Shown piece after piece: positions 45,401 to 59,775 of a stretch of 64,000 nucleotides of DNA; the first letter of the stretch is position 1; each line of letters opens with the position of its first letter. Source of the stretch: the human T2T-CHM13v2.0 reference genome, Homo sapiens. The notes beneath the pieces were generated by a model, which made no database searches, was not told the DNA's origin, and saw only the letters and a program-made list of their open reading frames with translations. The stretch is from the NCBI RefSeq assembly GCF_009914755.1, contig NC_060925.1; one strand, written 5' to 3'. The position numbers were made by a program, and so were the translations under genes.

Positions 45401-46739
45401 CATATGCATATTTAACCTCCTTTAAATGTACATTAATGCTGTATTTTCTCCCCCTGATTTACAGGGAGAATATCAATTTAGAACTATTTGCACAAACTCC
45501 AGATACCAGTTTAGAGCGTTCCCTATTTAGAAATAAAATAACCAAAGTCTCAGGTTGCCAGGCAACTGCAGCAATGATAATTCTTAGTATTGCTGCTTTA
45601 GAAATACTCATTTTTATACATTTTAGTGATGGTTAGGATGCAGAGAATGTGAGTTCAGAATGTCGCTGGGACATCGAAGTCCCTTTTCTATGAGATTTTT
45701 AGCATTCTCACTTGCTTTTATTTTTCCCCCTTAGCTCTGTTTGCTTCCTTGGCTAGCGGTATCTTCATATTTAGCTATAGAAATCTCGAGAGATTGTTAT
45801 TATTTTCTTAAGAGTTGAGGCAGAAGCTGCCACTACATTAATTCTGCCAGGCTCATTATAGAACCACGCCAGTCACTCAGGGAGAAATGACACCGTCTGG
45901 GGATCGGCCGGGGTCACAAACACTGGGTTCAAGCTTTGGTTGTTCTGCCGCTAGTTTGACACATGAACTCTACACCTCGTCCTTTTCATTCTTAAGAGGA
46001 CCACATTCTGGCCCCTCTCAGAGCTTCACTGAATTGGGAAAAGAATATCAGGCCCCAGCTCTGTCATCATCTCTTGGCAGCAAAGCCACGGCTCATGTTT
46101 TTGTCTGTCCACTGCAGCAGCCGCTGTGGCGTAATGGCACATAATGGTCTCGGGGCTGGGTAGAAATTGGAAGGCGTCTTCCTTTCCCTTTTGGCCTTTC
46201 AAGTGTATCTTCCTTTATGTCTAATGTCTGGGGTTACTATTAAAGTCTTTCTGAATTCTGAACCAATGATCAGATAGATACAAGAGAATGATTGGGAATG
46301 AAAAGCCTGCTAATCCTAGCAGAGTAGGAAAGGGTAGACAGCCCCTTCCCCAACCCCACGGCCTCAGTGGAGGAGAGAATGGTGTGGCCTGCAGGGGAGG
46401 GACAGGCAGACAGCGCCAGCTGTCACCCAGGCTCACGTTCACCAGCCTCAGCAGTCAGACCTTCTTCCTTCCTCCCTTGGAGGAAGTGAATAGAAGGGCA
46501 GAACCGAGAGCGGGAACTCTATCTTGATCTTGCTAAAGGGGTAGAAGTTCCTAATTCGTGGACTTGCTGGACCACAGGGAGGAGGAGAAAATGATTTCTA
46601 GTACTTATTTCCTGGCATTTCAGCTACATGGAAGGTAGTTAGCATGGTGCATAAATGAGCCCCCGGTGAGAGTATTTCCCATCGTGAGCACCACAGCCGG
46701 GCATTGTTCTCACTGTGCCTCACAAGCTCTGCTAAATGC

Positions 46740-46870
46740 CTTACGGATATTTCATTCTGACAACCTGTGACATAGGTACTGTAATCATACTAGTATCACA
46801 GATGGGGAAACTGAGACACAGAAAGGTTGAGTATCTTGTCCAAGTTCACACAGCTAATAGGCAACAGGGC
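46740..46870 (-). mobile_element. MIR
   Basis: acagatggggaaactgagacacagaaaggttgag...caagttcacacagcta. Confidence 0.75.
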
Positions 46871-47025
46871 CTCACTGCCTCCCAGTTTATCACCCCCCAC
46901 CGAGTACAGTTTCTGGAATATTGTGCTCAGTCAACATTTGTTGCAATAACAAGTGGGGTACAACAGAGGATCAAACATACCAGCAAAGCTTGCATATGTG
47001 TAGTTGATTATAAGTAAAAGCACAG

Positions 47026-47326
<301 letters not shown>

Positions 47327-50300
47327 AAGGCACAGACCCGAGGGGCAGGGCTGATGGTAGCCAATTCATACATTCAGGTCGGTCTCCTGGTCTCACCTGT
47401 TTCTGTGATTGCTAAGCCAGGCTGATGGCTAGATACCCATGGTAATGAAGAATGTAAAATACGAAAGGTAAAAAAGGGAAATAAATCTTCCTTTCAGGAC
47501 CCAAGCTACTTATCAGGGCTAAACAAAAAATACCAAGTAAGAATGTAATGATGAGGGGTGGGGAGGGGGCAAAAAATAAAATTAAAAAGAATGTAACAAG
47601 CAACGAGACGCTCCTGACTTTGAACCTGTGTGCAGGGCTCCGGGTAGATTAGAAGGCATCCTAACCTCAGTAAATGGCTGTCAGTGGGGCCTGACAGTCT
47701 GGGTCCCGTGTTCTGGGCACCACCAATGGAGGGTATCCTCTCAGAAAGCTTCACCCTATTTCATGAGCCTTTAATAAAATATAGCTATAATCTTTCTCGT
47801 GAAAGAGCCTGACAGTTCATGGAGCCACTTCCCACGCCGCACTGATGGGAGAAACTGCAGGACTCCACCAGGCTTTCTCTGGCTCCAGGACCCCCACGAA
47901 GGCCTCCTGATTTATCTGGAGCAGCTCCTGCATAAGAAGGGTGACCGTTTCCCACAGTGGAGAACCAGACACTGGGCACAGCCCACTTGATAAGACAGCT
48001 TCCATCTCCCGCCCCTCCTGGGTATGCAAAGGCATTCCTGAGTGAATAGGTTCAGGTCAGAGCAGGAGAGGTTATCACCCAGGCTGTGCCTTGAAGCTTT
48101 GCTGAGTACAAGAAAGGTAAGGAAGAGATAAGCAAGAGGTGAGAATGACGGCAGGGCTGGCAAGTGAGATCACGAGCTTTTCCTCAAACATCTGGCTAAG
48201 AATAGAAGCTTTGGGAAATTCCACAACTGGCAGATTAAGGTGATCAGCCTCTCAGCTGGAATTTGTGAAGTTTCTTCAGACTGAGCTCCCAGAGAAGTAT
48301 GTGTGGTGGAATCGCTGTGCTTTCTAAAGAGATGGATTGCAACCTGCGCCGTTGAGCTAGTGCTGAGCTGAGGCCCGGTGAGATGGATTCTAGCACCCCT
48401 GCCACGGCTAACCTCACACACTCAGACGCTCTCCCTGAGCTTTTCATTTCTCCATCAGCAAAATCTCAATCATTCTTACTCCTCGTCCACCTCAGAAACA
48501 TATTGTAGGTTCCATGGAGACGATGTCTGTGGTAGACAAAGAGACGTGCTTCAAAGGCAGAAAGGTCACTGTTTTATCATCTTTCAGAATCGTGTAACCC
48601 ACGTGGTTCTGCCACCATCCTGTCTTCTGTGCATTCCTTGACTTTGAAAGTACGCATCTTTTCTTTTGACCAAGTAGATAATTACCGTCTATCGAAATGA
48701 ACCCTCATGCATTTATTCAATGAGAGTTTGTGTGCCTAACACACAGCATGGCTGCCTGATACAGATACTTGGTTTAAGAGAATTCTACAGGCTCTGCACG
48801 AAAGTGAAGTCATGATGTAAGGAGGCAAAGGACTCTGCCCTCAAACAGTCCAATGGGCCTGAGAATGAGCCTGGGGTGGGGGTTCGATGCTGCTGCACCC
48901 CCAGTTGTATCTGTGTATCCCAGTGACTGGGGCGTGATTTGAATATTTAAAGATACTCCTTTTTCATACGGCCTTTAAATGCAAGCCGAGTACTTCTGCT
49001 GCACAGCCGGAGAGGTGGTATGTTTTTAATGCTGGAGTAAAACTTGTCTGTGTTGGACTTAGTGAGAGAATGGTTTTCGTTCAGAGATTGTCAAGGCCAA
49101 CTTTGATATAAATTTCACTTTACATTTTACACCACACGTGACTCATAACATTTAACTCTGTCATCCATAGAGCTCGGTGCTGTTCTGATCAGCAAGGTAG
49201 ATTCTGGCCCAAAAGAACTGGTGGAGGAATTTAAGGAACTGGTTCTAAGCCTAATTGAGGTCACCAAACATACAGAGAAAATAATCTGAGAAATGTATAG
49301 CAGAAATCTAAGTTTTCCATTTATTCATTTACTCAAAAATACCCTACAATAAATACCAGGAATATAACATGATCTGCATTCTTGGGCAACTTACAGTGTA
49401 GCAGGAATACAGACACTGAGCACCGAGTAACTGATAATATACGCACATCAGCGCTGAATCGGCACTAAGGGAAGAGGGGTCGGGTGGGGCTGAGGAATGG
49501 CACAGAGCGGTGATTCTCAAGCTCTCTCCTCCTCGAGTCCCACTCATTCTCTACTCACGCTCATCTGTGTCTTCCAAAGTTTGCCACAGTCCGTCCTCTA
49601 AACGCCTGAGTCATTCACACCTGTTCTGTCATTCCCTGCTTTGATATAGAGATGATCCAACACAAATCATGACAAACCACCAAGCCAAATGCAAGACTCT
49701 GAATCCACAGCTGAGTGTGATCTTTAATGACGACTAACCATCATATCACAAGTTGTGTCATAACCAGAAACAAAACAGCCAGAGAAGGAGGGCTTTAGGT
49801 TGGTCTGGGGACAGTACGGAGAGCCCAAGACGCCCTTGGGCACCCACAGGGGGCTGTGATTATTCAAGGATGGCTTGATTTAGGCACAATTAGGCATTGG
49901 ACAGGATGGAGCATACAAATGTGTTGGGGATTAATTCATTAAAAATCTGTCTTGAGCTTTAATAGAGCTTCAGTCAGAGTGTCCAACCATAAATTCTCAC
50001 CTGTTTCACAACTGGTTCAGGCCCAATTGAGCATTAACAGATTTTTTTTTTGTTCATGCAAATGAGGTTTTGTGTGTAATTCATTCATTCATTTCATTTA
50101 TTTCATGTCTAATTGAACAATTTTTGAATAGTTACATTTGTGGAGTAGTTAAGTTGTATCAAATTGTCTAATGTACCTAGTAATTTTGTAACTAAAACAG
50201 AGCTGAATTTCATTTTGATATAACAAAAGGAGAACCACAGAAGTAGAGGTGGTTTGAGGAATAGTCGGCTTTTAAGAGACTTTATGATACTCTGTTCTTT

Positions 50301-50719
50301 AGGGCAATGACCACAGTTGCTGTTTCTTTTTATCCTCACTTTTCTTTCTTTTCACTCCCTACCGATGAGATCAATGAAAATTTGGGGGCATTTCTAGATT
50401 TGGCAGCCTCCCATTTATAAGCATACATTTTTTTAGTTTTGTGCCCTGACATGCCCATTTTTCTGAGGGTCAAATGTGTCTGTCTTTAAAACACCGCGCT
50501 GGTGTCTTTCAAACCGCTTATCAAGGGTTGTTTCTCCCACGAGACCTTGTCACCCCTGAGCCTGAAGTCGCGCGCTGAGAACTAATTGCAGTAGCTGCAT
50601 ACACACGGTGAACAAAGTTCACTGCTCCCTTCATTAAGGGCACCTGCCATGTCCACTGTTTCCTTCCGAGAACTCTTTTGGTGAAGACGGGATTTTTGTT
50701 TTCTTTACATTCCACATAG

Positions 50720-50830
50720 CTGCCAGAAGGCCCCTTTAAAATGCAAATCTGATGTCTCTCAGTCTTTAAAACCTTCAGTGGCTTCCTGTTGGCTACAGGA
50801 TAGTTGAAACCCTTTTGTGGCCTATGGAGC
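50720..50830. mobile_element. L2 fragment
   Basis: tttaaaatgcaaatctgat...taaaaccttcagtggcttcc. Confidence 0.6.
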
Positions 50831-51069
50831 TCTTCCGAATTTGGGCCACACCTACCTTTCTGACCATAGAAACTACATAGAGATGACTGAACACCCCACC
50901 CCACCCCCACAGTCACATGCTTTGCCGATGCCGATTCTTCTGCTTCCAGCGGCTGTTCATTCACTCACTCATTCATTCATTCAATCAATAGTTACCAAGA
51001 ACATACCCTACTCCAGTACTGTACTGGAGCTCCTCCTCCATTTGTGAGATTCTTCTTATGTCTTTGACA

Positions 51070-51510
51070 TGTTTTGATTGTAAGATGTGTTGCATATGCA
51101 GATGTAGAAACACACCTGCTCAGTCTATAGAATGACAAAAAATCTGTGTGCCCACCACCCAGGTTAGGAAATAGAACATTCCACTAGCTCAGGTGCCCTT
51201 GTGTGATCGTCTGCCTTCCGTCACCCTCCTGCCTGTTCCAGCGGTGACCACAGTGCTGAATTTTCTGGTTTTGATCCCCTTGCTTGTCTTATAGGTTTTA
51301 CCACCTAAGTATGTGTCCCCCCAAAACATACTGTTTAGTTTTGTCTGCTGTTGAACGTTACATAAATGAAATCATACTCTATTCTATGCCCTTCCGTACC
51401 TTCTTTTGATCAGTATTTCATTTTTGAGATCCATCTTGATGCGCACAGCTACAGGTTCTTAATCTTCATTGCTGTACGATTTTTCCATTGTAGATGGATA
51501 TTGCAAAATA
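51070..51510 (-). mobile_element. L1ME-type 3' fragment
   Basis: cccaccacccaggttaggaaatagaacatt...aaatgaaatcatac. Confidence 0.55.
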
Positions 51511-51644
51511 TTCTTCTGTGGGTGGATTTCTAACAAGTTTTTAAAAACTGATTGTTGAAGTTAATCGAACCTATTTCTGCTCTAATGAGATGCTCACTTG
51601 GTTCCTCCATTAATCATTTAATATGGTCAATTACATTGTGAGTT

Positions 51645-51932
51645 TTCTTTTCTTTTTGAGACAGGGTGTCACTCCGTCACCCAGACTGGAACGCAGTGAC
51701 ACCAACAAGGCTCGCTGCACTCCCAGGCTCAAGTGATCCTCCCACCTCAGCCTCCCATGTAGCTGGGACTACAGGTGTGCACCACCATGCCTGGCTAATA
51801 GTTTATATTTTTTGGAGAGACGGGGTTTTACCATGTTGCCCAGGCTGGCTTTGAAATCCTGAGCTCAAGCAATCCTCCTGCCTTGGCCTCCCAAAGTGCT
51901 GGGATTACAGGTGGGAGCCACTGTACCCGGCC
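51645..51932 (-). mobile_element. AluJ-like
   Basis: Reverse Alu. Confidence 0.9.
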
Positions 51933-52190
51933 AATCAGTTTTCCATTAATAATACTAAAAATTCTTGGATTCCTTCCTACTTATTCTTTGAGGCTTATCT
52001 CAAATATCATCTCCCCTCTCAAGCCTTCTCTGATCTCCTTTCCCCCCTCCTAATTCTTTGCTCCAGGAAAGTTGTTTCCATCTTCCAACTCAATGGCATT
52101 AAAATGGTATTTTAATGTAGGCACTTATATTTTAAATATTTGTTTACATATACCTCTCCTATCATATGAGCTCATCTAGATAATGATAGA

Positions 52191-52490
52191 GGGCACATGC
52201 AGTGGCTCACACTTGTAATCCCAGCACTTCAGGAAGCCAAGGCAGGAGGATCACTTGGGCCCAAGTTCAAGACCAGCCTGGGCAACATAGTGAGACTCCA
52301 TCTGTACAAAAAAAAAATTTAAAAGTATAGTAGCCATGCATAGTGGCGTGTGCCTGTAGTCCCAGCTACTCGGCAGGCTGAGGTGGGAGGATTGCGTGAG
52401 CCTGGGAGGTTGAGGCTGCAGTCAGCTATGATCATGCCACTACACCCCAGCCTGGGCAACAGAGCAAGACCCTGTCTCAAAAAAATAATA
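52191..52490 (+). mobile_element. AluJ-like
   Basis: Full Alu. Confidence 0.9.
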
Positions 52491-52997
52491 ATGATGGAAT
52501 CTTGTTCTTCAGCTTCCTTACGATTTTGCACTAATCTGAATGAAACCAGCCTGATCTAAACCTTGCATCTTTAGTGACAGATATGAGTCTGACACCCACC
52601 TTCAACTTTGTGGTAGCCTGCCCAGCTTCCCAGAGGACACCTTTGTGCCCGCAGGCTTCCTGTGGCCATCGGATCCCCAATCTAAACTAGGATAAAGTAT
52701 ATGTTTTGTGGTATTGTCACCTGTTTAGGATGAGAAGAGGCACTGAAGCTATAACCCTATTTTCTGAGCCAGATAAAATAGCAAACATATATTTGCTCTA
52801 CTGGGTTATTTTGACAAATTTATCAAGCATCTTCAAAATATACAGTACTAGTCTAAGCATTAGGGCTAATGCAGAGAGCTTTTGCACCAGTAGGACAGAG
52901 GAAAAAATGTGCACAAATTAGAGTACAAGGCATAAAGCAGTTAAAAGTCACATTATCAAGTACATTCAAGGAAAGAGGTAAGCAGTTCCAGCAAGTA

Positions 52998-53300
52998 GGC
53001 CGGGCGCGGTGGCTCACGCCTGTAATCCCAGCACTTTGAGAGCCCAAGGAGGGCGGATCATTTGAGGTGAGGAGTTTAAGACCAGACTGACCAACATGGC
53101 AAAACCCAATATCTACTAAAAATACAAGAAAAAAAAAAAAAAGCCAGGCGTGGTGGAACATGCCTGTAATCTCAGCTACTCAGGAGCCTGAGGCAGGCGA
53201 ATCGCTTGAACCCCGGGAGGTGGAGGTTGCAGTGAGCCGAGATCACGCCATTGCACTCCAGCCTGGGCAACAGGGCGAGACTCCATCTCAGAAAAAAAAA
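52998..53300 (+). mobile_element. AluS
   Basis: Full Alu, TSD agttccagcaagt. Confidence 0.93.
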
Positions 53301-54220
53301 GTTCCAGCAAGTCAGCTGTGAATATTTTTTCTATGGCAATAATAATAAACACAAGATGCAGGTATAGATTCCTATTTATGACTACAACTCTCCACATGTC
53401 TAGAATTTGGTGGAAGCAAATAGGTCTTAGAATTTACCCCAAAGCTTGAATTACTGAAACTGCCTGTTAGTAATAGTCATTTATCACATGGATTTGGCGC
53501 TGGTGTCCTGAGGATCTAAGTACAGGGGAGTTCTGGGCATGCATTAGTGCTCTAAGGAGAGGCCTTCGCTGGTTAATGTCCCCAGGTTTGGGTTGGTAGC
53601 CTACCATTTGGTATCATACTGAGCTCCCTAATTTTGAGCTACATCTAGAAGACCACGTGCCTGGTGCCAAGAAGGACACTTAGACTATGTGTGGATGGAG
53701 CTTCATCAGCTGTTCTAATGAACGTTTTGCAAAAGACCATTGTGAGTGAGATGGGAGTTTCTCTGTTTTCAAGCCCAGGGCCCTGCCTGCTGGTGTGTCC
53801 CTCTTCTGAGTCATTCAGCCTTGACCCACTCTAGGGAACCGGAGGAATCCACAGCCCAGAGCTCTCCCATGGTGGCCTGTTTGACAGTCACATTCTGAAA
53901 AAGCAAACCTCTTGGCTTGATTTCTTGCTGGAATAATGAAACCCAGCTCGGCCCCTGCTTGATAATTGCCTTTGGGAAAAAGGTAATAGCCACCTTGAAA
54001 CACCATTCAGTTGGACCTTTCCAAAAGCCACGGGTTTTTCTTCACCAAAGTCCTTCATTTGAGCCTATAATCTGTGAATGGAAAGAAGCGATGATGCCTC
54101 TAAAAGCCTTTTGGTTGGAGTCAGAGTCACCCTTTGAGCACTGAGTTCTCTTTCCAGGGACCTCTCCCATGTGGTCTTGGAGCCATGGGTGTTGTACAAA
54201 AGCAACAGGCCTAGCAGAGC

Positions 54221-54517
54221 TACCAGTGTGTGAGCGTTTGCTGTGTGAGCCCAGGCTTTCCACAGGACGAAGATTCTCTCACCAGAGTGTGAGCATTTGC
54301 AGTGTGAGCCCAGGCTCTCTACAGGACGAAGATTCTCTTACCAGCATGTGAACATTTGCAGTGTGAGCCCAGGCTCTCTACAGGACGAAGATTCTCTCAC
54401 CAGAGTGTGAGCATTTGCTAGTGTGAGCCCAGGCTCTCTACAGGACGAAGATTCTCTTACCAGCATGTGAGCATTTGCAGTGTGAGCCCAGGCTCTCCAC
54501 AGGACAAAGATTCTCTT
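54221..54517. repeat. Minisatellite, ~59-bp unit, ~5 copies
   Basis: gtgtgagcccaggct starts at 54243, 54302, 54361, 54421, 54480. Confidence 0.96.
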
Positions 54518-54614
54518 TTCACCCTCACGTCAACCTCACGTCAAGATGGGAGATAAAGAATAGCAAAATAGGGCTGGGTGTAAGCTCTGGATAGCTTCTT
54601 CGGGTATCCAGGGA

Positions 54615-54960
54615 TAGATGCTGTGATTACTCCTATTTTATAGATGAAGAAACAGATGAAAGGAGCCCACGTCCCATGCACGATACTGGCAAGCTAGGAT
54701 TCAAACACAGTGGGGCTCCAGCACCTTCCCTTTCAGTCCCCACATTAGCCTCTGGCTGAGGTGTGGGGAAAAGCTCACAGATCAGACTGGGGGGACCTGA
54801 GTTCCAGCCCCAGCTCCTCGCGGGCTGCCTGTGTGACCTGAGAGCCCCGAGGCTCCATCTGTGAAATGCAGAGGGGGTGGCAGACAGCTCGTCACGAGGA
54901 GTGAATGAGATCCTGCAGATGAAGGTATTTGGTATACTGAAGAGCTCTGAGAATGATGAA
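54615..54960. mobile_element. Two MIR fragments in opposite orientation
   Basis: cctattttatagatgaagaaacag (reverse), then gagttccagcccc...catctgtgaaatg (forward). Confidence 0.6.
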
Positions 54961-55625
54961 AATGATGTGCAAGTCTCTTCCAGGACTTTTTGTGTGCCTT
55001 TCGTAGTGTAATACAGACCCCGGCACATGGGTGTTCACACTTAGGGTATGACCAGCCTCACAGCTAAGTTGCTTAGCATATGGTACCAGCGAACCCAAGT
55101 TTGTAAACCAGAACTTCCCATTGCTTTCTTGATTGTCAAGTTTGACCCTGGCCAGCATCCTCTGATACACTGAAAATACACTCTGTGTGTCCAGAAGCAG
55201 CTGAGCTTTTGTCTCAGGCCAACCTCACATTCAACCCACTATCCTCCGTCTTGTTCCTCCACGAGGAAAGGGACGTGAATGCCTATAGGCCATCAGAGAT
55301 GCAGGTGAAACAAACCTCAGTGCATCATTGCACGGGGCCAGATGGGGGGGCCGGTGTTTCCCTGCGGAATCCGGAGGACAGCTGTGCCAGCCACGTGTCC
55401 AGGCCCAGGATCCACAATAGGAAAGGGGTTGCTGATGCATTTCAAACTATCTCTAAAGTTGTGAGTGTATATGGCAAAATCCCATCCTACCAAGCCTTCT
55501 TGCTATATACATTTGAGTAGAAAATGACATGAGCCAGAAGCTCCAAAGCCTGAGATCCAGAGCATAAACTCCTGCTGTCATGTTGAGGCTGGGGCAGTCC
55601 AGTCGCAAGCAGTGCTCCAAAGGAA

Positions 55626-56047
55626 TGCAGTAGGCTGTTCTCATCTTGCCGTAAAGAAATACCCGAGGCTGGGTAATTTCTAAGGAGAAAGGTTTATTTT
55701 TGGCTCACAGTTCCACAGGCTGTACGGGAAGCATGGTGCCGGCATCTGCTTCTGGTGAGGCCTCAGGAAGCTTATAATCAAGATGGAAGGTGAAGGGGGA
55801 GCAGGTGTGTTACATGGCAACAGAGGGTGCAAGAGAGAGAGAAGGGGGAGGTCCCAGACTCTTTGAAATAGCTGGATCTCATGTGAACTAATAGAGCGAG
55901 AACTCACTCATCAACAGGGGATGGCTCTAAGCCATTCAGGAGGGATCTTCCCCCAGGATCCAGCCACCTCCCGCCAGGCCCCCCCTCCAACACTGGGAAT
56001 CACATTTCAACCTGAGCTTTGGAGGGTATGAACATCCAAACCATATT
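55626..56047. mobile_element. MSTB-like MaLR solo LTR
   Basis: ggcatctgcttctggtgaggcctcaggaagctt...aacatccaaaccatat. Confidence 0.85.
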
Positions 56048-56929
56048 GGGCTCTATCGTTTTTGAGATTTTACTCACTGGGCGACAACGTAGAGCACCCA
56101 CCGCTGGGCTGATATGATTTGTTCCCGTTTCCTGGGCAACCAGGTGCGCAGGGCCACGAGATGAGCCTCTTGTGACAACTAAGCCACCTTGATGATGGCT
56201 TTAACTCGGGGCCTGGAAGTCAGACTCCCATGCTTTGAGGATATTTTTTGTGGTGGTGTCATTTGTTATGAGGGTTATTCTTTTTTCTCTTGGTACTTCC
56301 CAGCCTCATTACTTCTCTGTGCCAAACTGTGCCAGGAAATCACTGACTTTATCATCATGATCATCATCATCATCACCATCACTCAAACTTTGGTAGTGCA
56401 GTGCAGTGCCTGCTAGCGCCAAGCTCTAGACTCGGTTCTTTATATATACTCAGTCATCGCATGTTCATGGCAGTCTCATGGGACCAGCACTACAAATGTG
56501 TCTAAGGAGGTTTCCTCGAAATCTCCTTTGTCACAGTGGCCTGGAGCATGCAGAAGCAGGTAACAGAAATACCAGCAGCCACTCCTGACTCATCACTGAT
56601 AGTGGAACTGGTAAGGGACAAACTTGTAAATGAGCAAAGTTAGATTTCTGGGCCTCCTCACCACCTCCCCACTTAGTGCTGTGTCCCCACCCCACAGGTA
56701 CCCGGTACCTTTGTGCTCTCCAAGAATGCCCCATACTGCCACTTTCCACCCCCATCCTCCTGCCTGTACCTTGTTGCAAATCCCCAACGCCCTGGGCCTC
56801 AGTTGACTCTGTACCTACCCCAAAAGGCATCTTTCCTGCAGGTGCTCCTTCCCACGAAGCCCTGTGGTAAGGTCATGTGCTGTCTTCGGTCAAATCAAAA
56901 CTCCAGTATCTGATAAGAGTCTAAAGATA

Positions 56930-57195
56930 TATGAGAGTTCCCACTATTCCCAACCTTGTCAATATTTGTATTGTTTGATTTTTAAAGTTTTTGGCCATTA
57001 GGTGAATATTTAATGGTATGTCATTGTAATTTTAATTTGCAATTTTCCTGATGACTGCTAAGGTTGAGTATCTTTTCATGTTTATTATTCTCTGTATAGT
57101 TCTTGTTCATGTCTTTTGCCTGCTTTTCTGTACAGTTGCTTAGCTTTTTGTTAATTGATTCATAGGAATTCTTTGTAAACTCTGGATACCTTCTG
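56930..57195 (-). mobile_element. Old L1M fragment
   Basis: ttttaatttgcaattttcctgatgactgctaaggttgagtatcttttcatg. Confidence 0.6.
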
Positions 57196-57399
57196 CAGGC
57201 ACCACTCATTGAGACCCCACTGACCAGGAACGATCTTTCAGTCATTTAAGTGACTCTGTGTGGAGTTGTCTCTGGGTTCTCTAGCCCTGCGCTGTTACCA
57301 CAGTCTTAATAACATTGCCCTTTGCTAATTTTCTTTACGGCATGTTCATTTGCCATTTATTAATTTCTGTTGTTTGCTATTTTTTGGGGGGGCGGGTAG

Positions 57400-57684
57400 G
57401 GGAGACAAAGGTCTTGTCACCCAGGCTAGAATGCAGTGATGTGGTCATAGCTCACTGCAGCCTTGATCTCCCGGGCTCAACAGCGATCCTCCCACCTCAG
57501 CATCCTGAGTAGCTGGGACTACAGGTGTGCACCACCATGCCTGGTTAATTTTTAAAAATTTTTTTCTAGAGCCAGGGTCTCACTGTGTTGCCCAGGCTGG
57601 TCTTGAATTCCTGAGCTCAAGTGATCCTCCCATCTTGGCCTCCCAAAGTGCTGGGATTACAGGCATGAGCCACCGCACCCAGCC
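57400..57684 (-). mobile_element. AluJ-like
   Basis: Reverse Alu. Confidence 0.88.
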
Positions 57685-57871
57685 CTACTTTGCCATTCTT
57701 TATTTCTCATCTTAAGGTGGCTACTTAGCTTGGCAGTTTCCCCTTCTTGTTCTGTAAGCACCTACGTTGCTCTCTAAGTACTGCTTTGTCTGTATCCTCA
57801 AGTTCTGGTAATGACAGGTATTTTCACTATCATTCACTCAAAATATTTTCCATTTCTCATTGTAATTATCA

Positions 57872-58332
57872 TTTTTTGAGACAGGGTCTCATTCTGTCAC
57901 TGAAGCTGGAGTGTAGTGGTGCGATCTTGGCTCACTGCAGCCTTGACCTGCTGGGCTCAAGCAATCCACCTGCCTCAACCTCCTGTAGCTGGGACTACAG
58001 GCGTGTGCCACCATCCCTGGCTTTTCTTTTTTCTTTTTTTTTTTTTTTGGAGACAGAGTCTCACTCTGTTGTCCGGGCTGGAGTGCAGTGGCATGATCTT
58101 GGCTCACTGCAACCTCTGTCTTCTGGGTTCAAGTGATTCTCCTGCCTCAGCCCCCCGAGTAGCCGGGATTGTTTGCGCCTGCCACCATGCCCAGCTAATT
58201 TTTGTATTTTTAGTAGAGATGGGGTTTTGCATGTTGCCAGGCTGGTCTCAAACTCCTGGCCTCCAGTGATCCACTCCCTGCCTCAGCCTCCCAAAGTGCT
58301 GGAATTACAGGTGTGAGCCACTGTGCCTGGCC
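57872..58332 (-). mobile_element. Three-armed Alu (full Alu plus extra right arm)
   Basis: Right arm 57872-58021, full Alu 58022-58332, single flanking repeat catt(g/t)taattat. Confidence 0.85.
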
Positions 58333-58511
58333 CATTTTAATTATTTTGTGATCCGTGGGTTATTTAGAAATGTATTTACTAATCGCCACAGTTAAGTTAC
58401 TTGGAATTTGTTCCTTTTGAGCCTTTTAAGCCTTGCAAAGGCAGGTGCAGCACAGCCTAGGGCTGCTTTGATCCCACTGTTAGCGCAGTAACCTTCTGAG
58501 GACGCTGAGGA

Positions 58512-59775
58512 ATGATTTACATACACTCACATATATATGTACATCCATTATATACACCATATATGTTATATACAATATACACACATACCCAATATGTATA
58601 TACACCCAATGTTATATATATATATACACACCCCCAATATATATATACACCCAATGATATATATATACACACACACCCAATATATATATACACCCAATGT
58701 TATATATAGACACACACACTCAATATATATATACACACCCAATGTTATACATATATACACACACACCAATATATATACACCCAGTGTTATATATACACAC
58801 ACCCTATATGTATACACCCAATGATATATATACACATACACACAATATATATACACCCAATGATATATATATTACACACACCATATATATATACACCCTA
58901 TGATATACATACACACATACCCCCATATATATACACCCAATGATATACATACACACACACACTCAATATATATATACACCCAATGATGTATACATACACA
59001 CACCCCATATATATATACTCAATGACATAAATAATATGCACACCCAATATATATACACCCAATGATATATATTACACACACCCTATGATATACATACACA
59101 CATACCCCCATATATATACACCCAATGATATACATACACACACTCAATATATATATATACCCAATGATATATACATACACACACCCCATATATATATACC
59201 CAATGACATAATACACACACCCAATATATATATACCCAATGATATATATAATATACACACACTATATAGATACACCCAATGATATATCTATACACACACA
59301 CACCCAATATATATACACCCAATGATATATATACTCACACACGCCCTATATATATTTACACACCTAATGATATATATACACACACACCCTATATATATAT
59401 ACACCCAGTGATATATACACACACACCATATATATATACACACACACATACACCCAGTGATATATACATACACATACCCGATATATATATATACACCCCA
59501 TGATACATATATACACACACACCCAATATATATATGTACACCCAATGATATATATACACACACCCCCAATATATATACACACCCAATGATATATATATAC
59601 ACACACACCCTATATATATATATACACCCAATGATACATATATATACAATATATATATAAACCCAATGATACATATACACACACACCCAATATGCATATA
59701 CACCCAATGATATATACACACACACACACACACACCCAATATATATATAACCCAGTGATATACACACACACACGC
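58512..59775. repeat. AT/CA-rich degenerate minisatellite built on ACCCAATG
   Basis: ~40-bp units such as cccaatgatatatatacacacacacccaatatatatataca. Confidence 0.95.

Noticed and set aside
49640-50000. Possible old LTR fragment
   Set aside because: Vague resemblance only; could not assign a family or boundaries
49840-55352. CTCF-like words (cccacagggggctg at ~49843, ggccagatgggggggc at ~55336)
   Set aside because: Mismatches at core positions; cannot be supported without PWM scoring or ChIP
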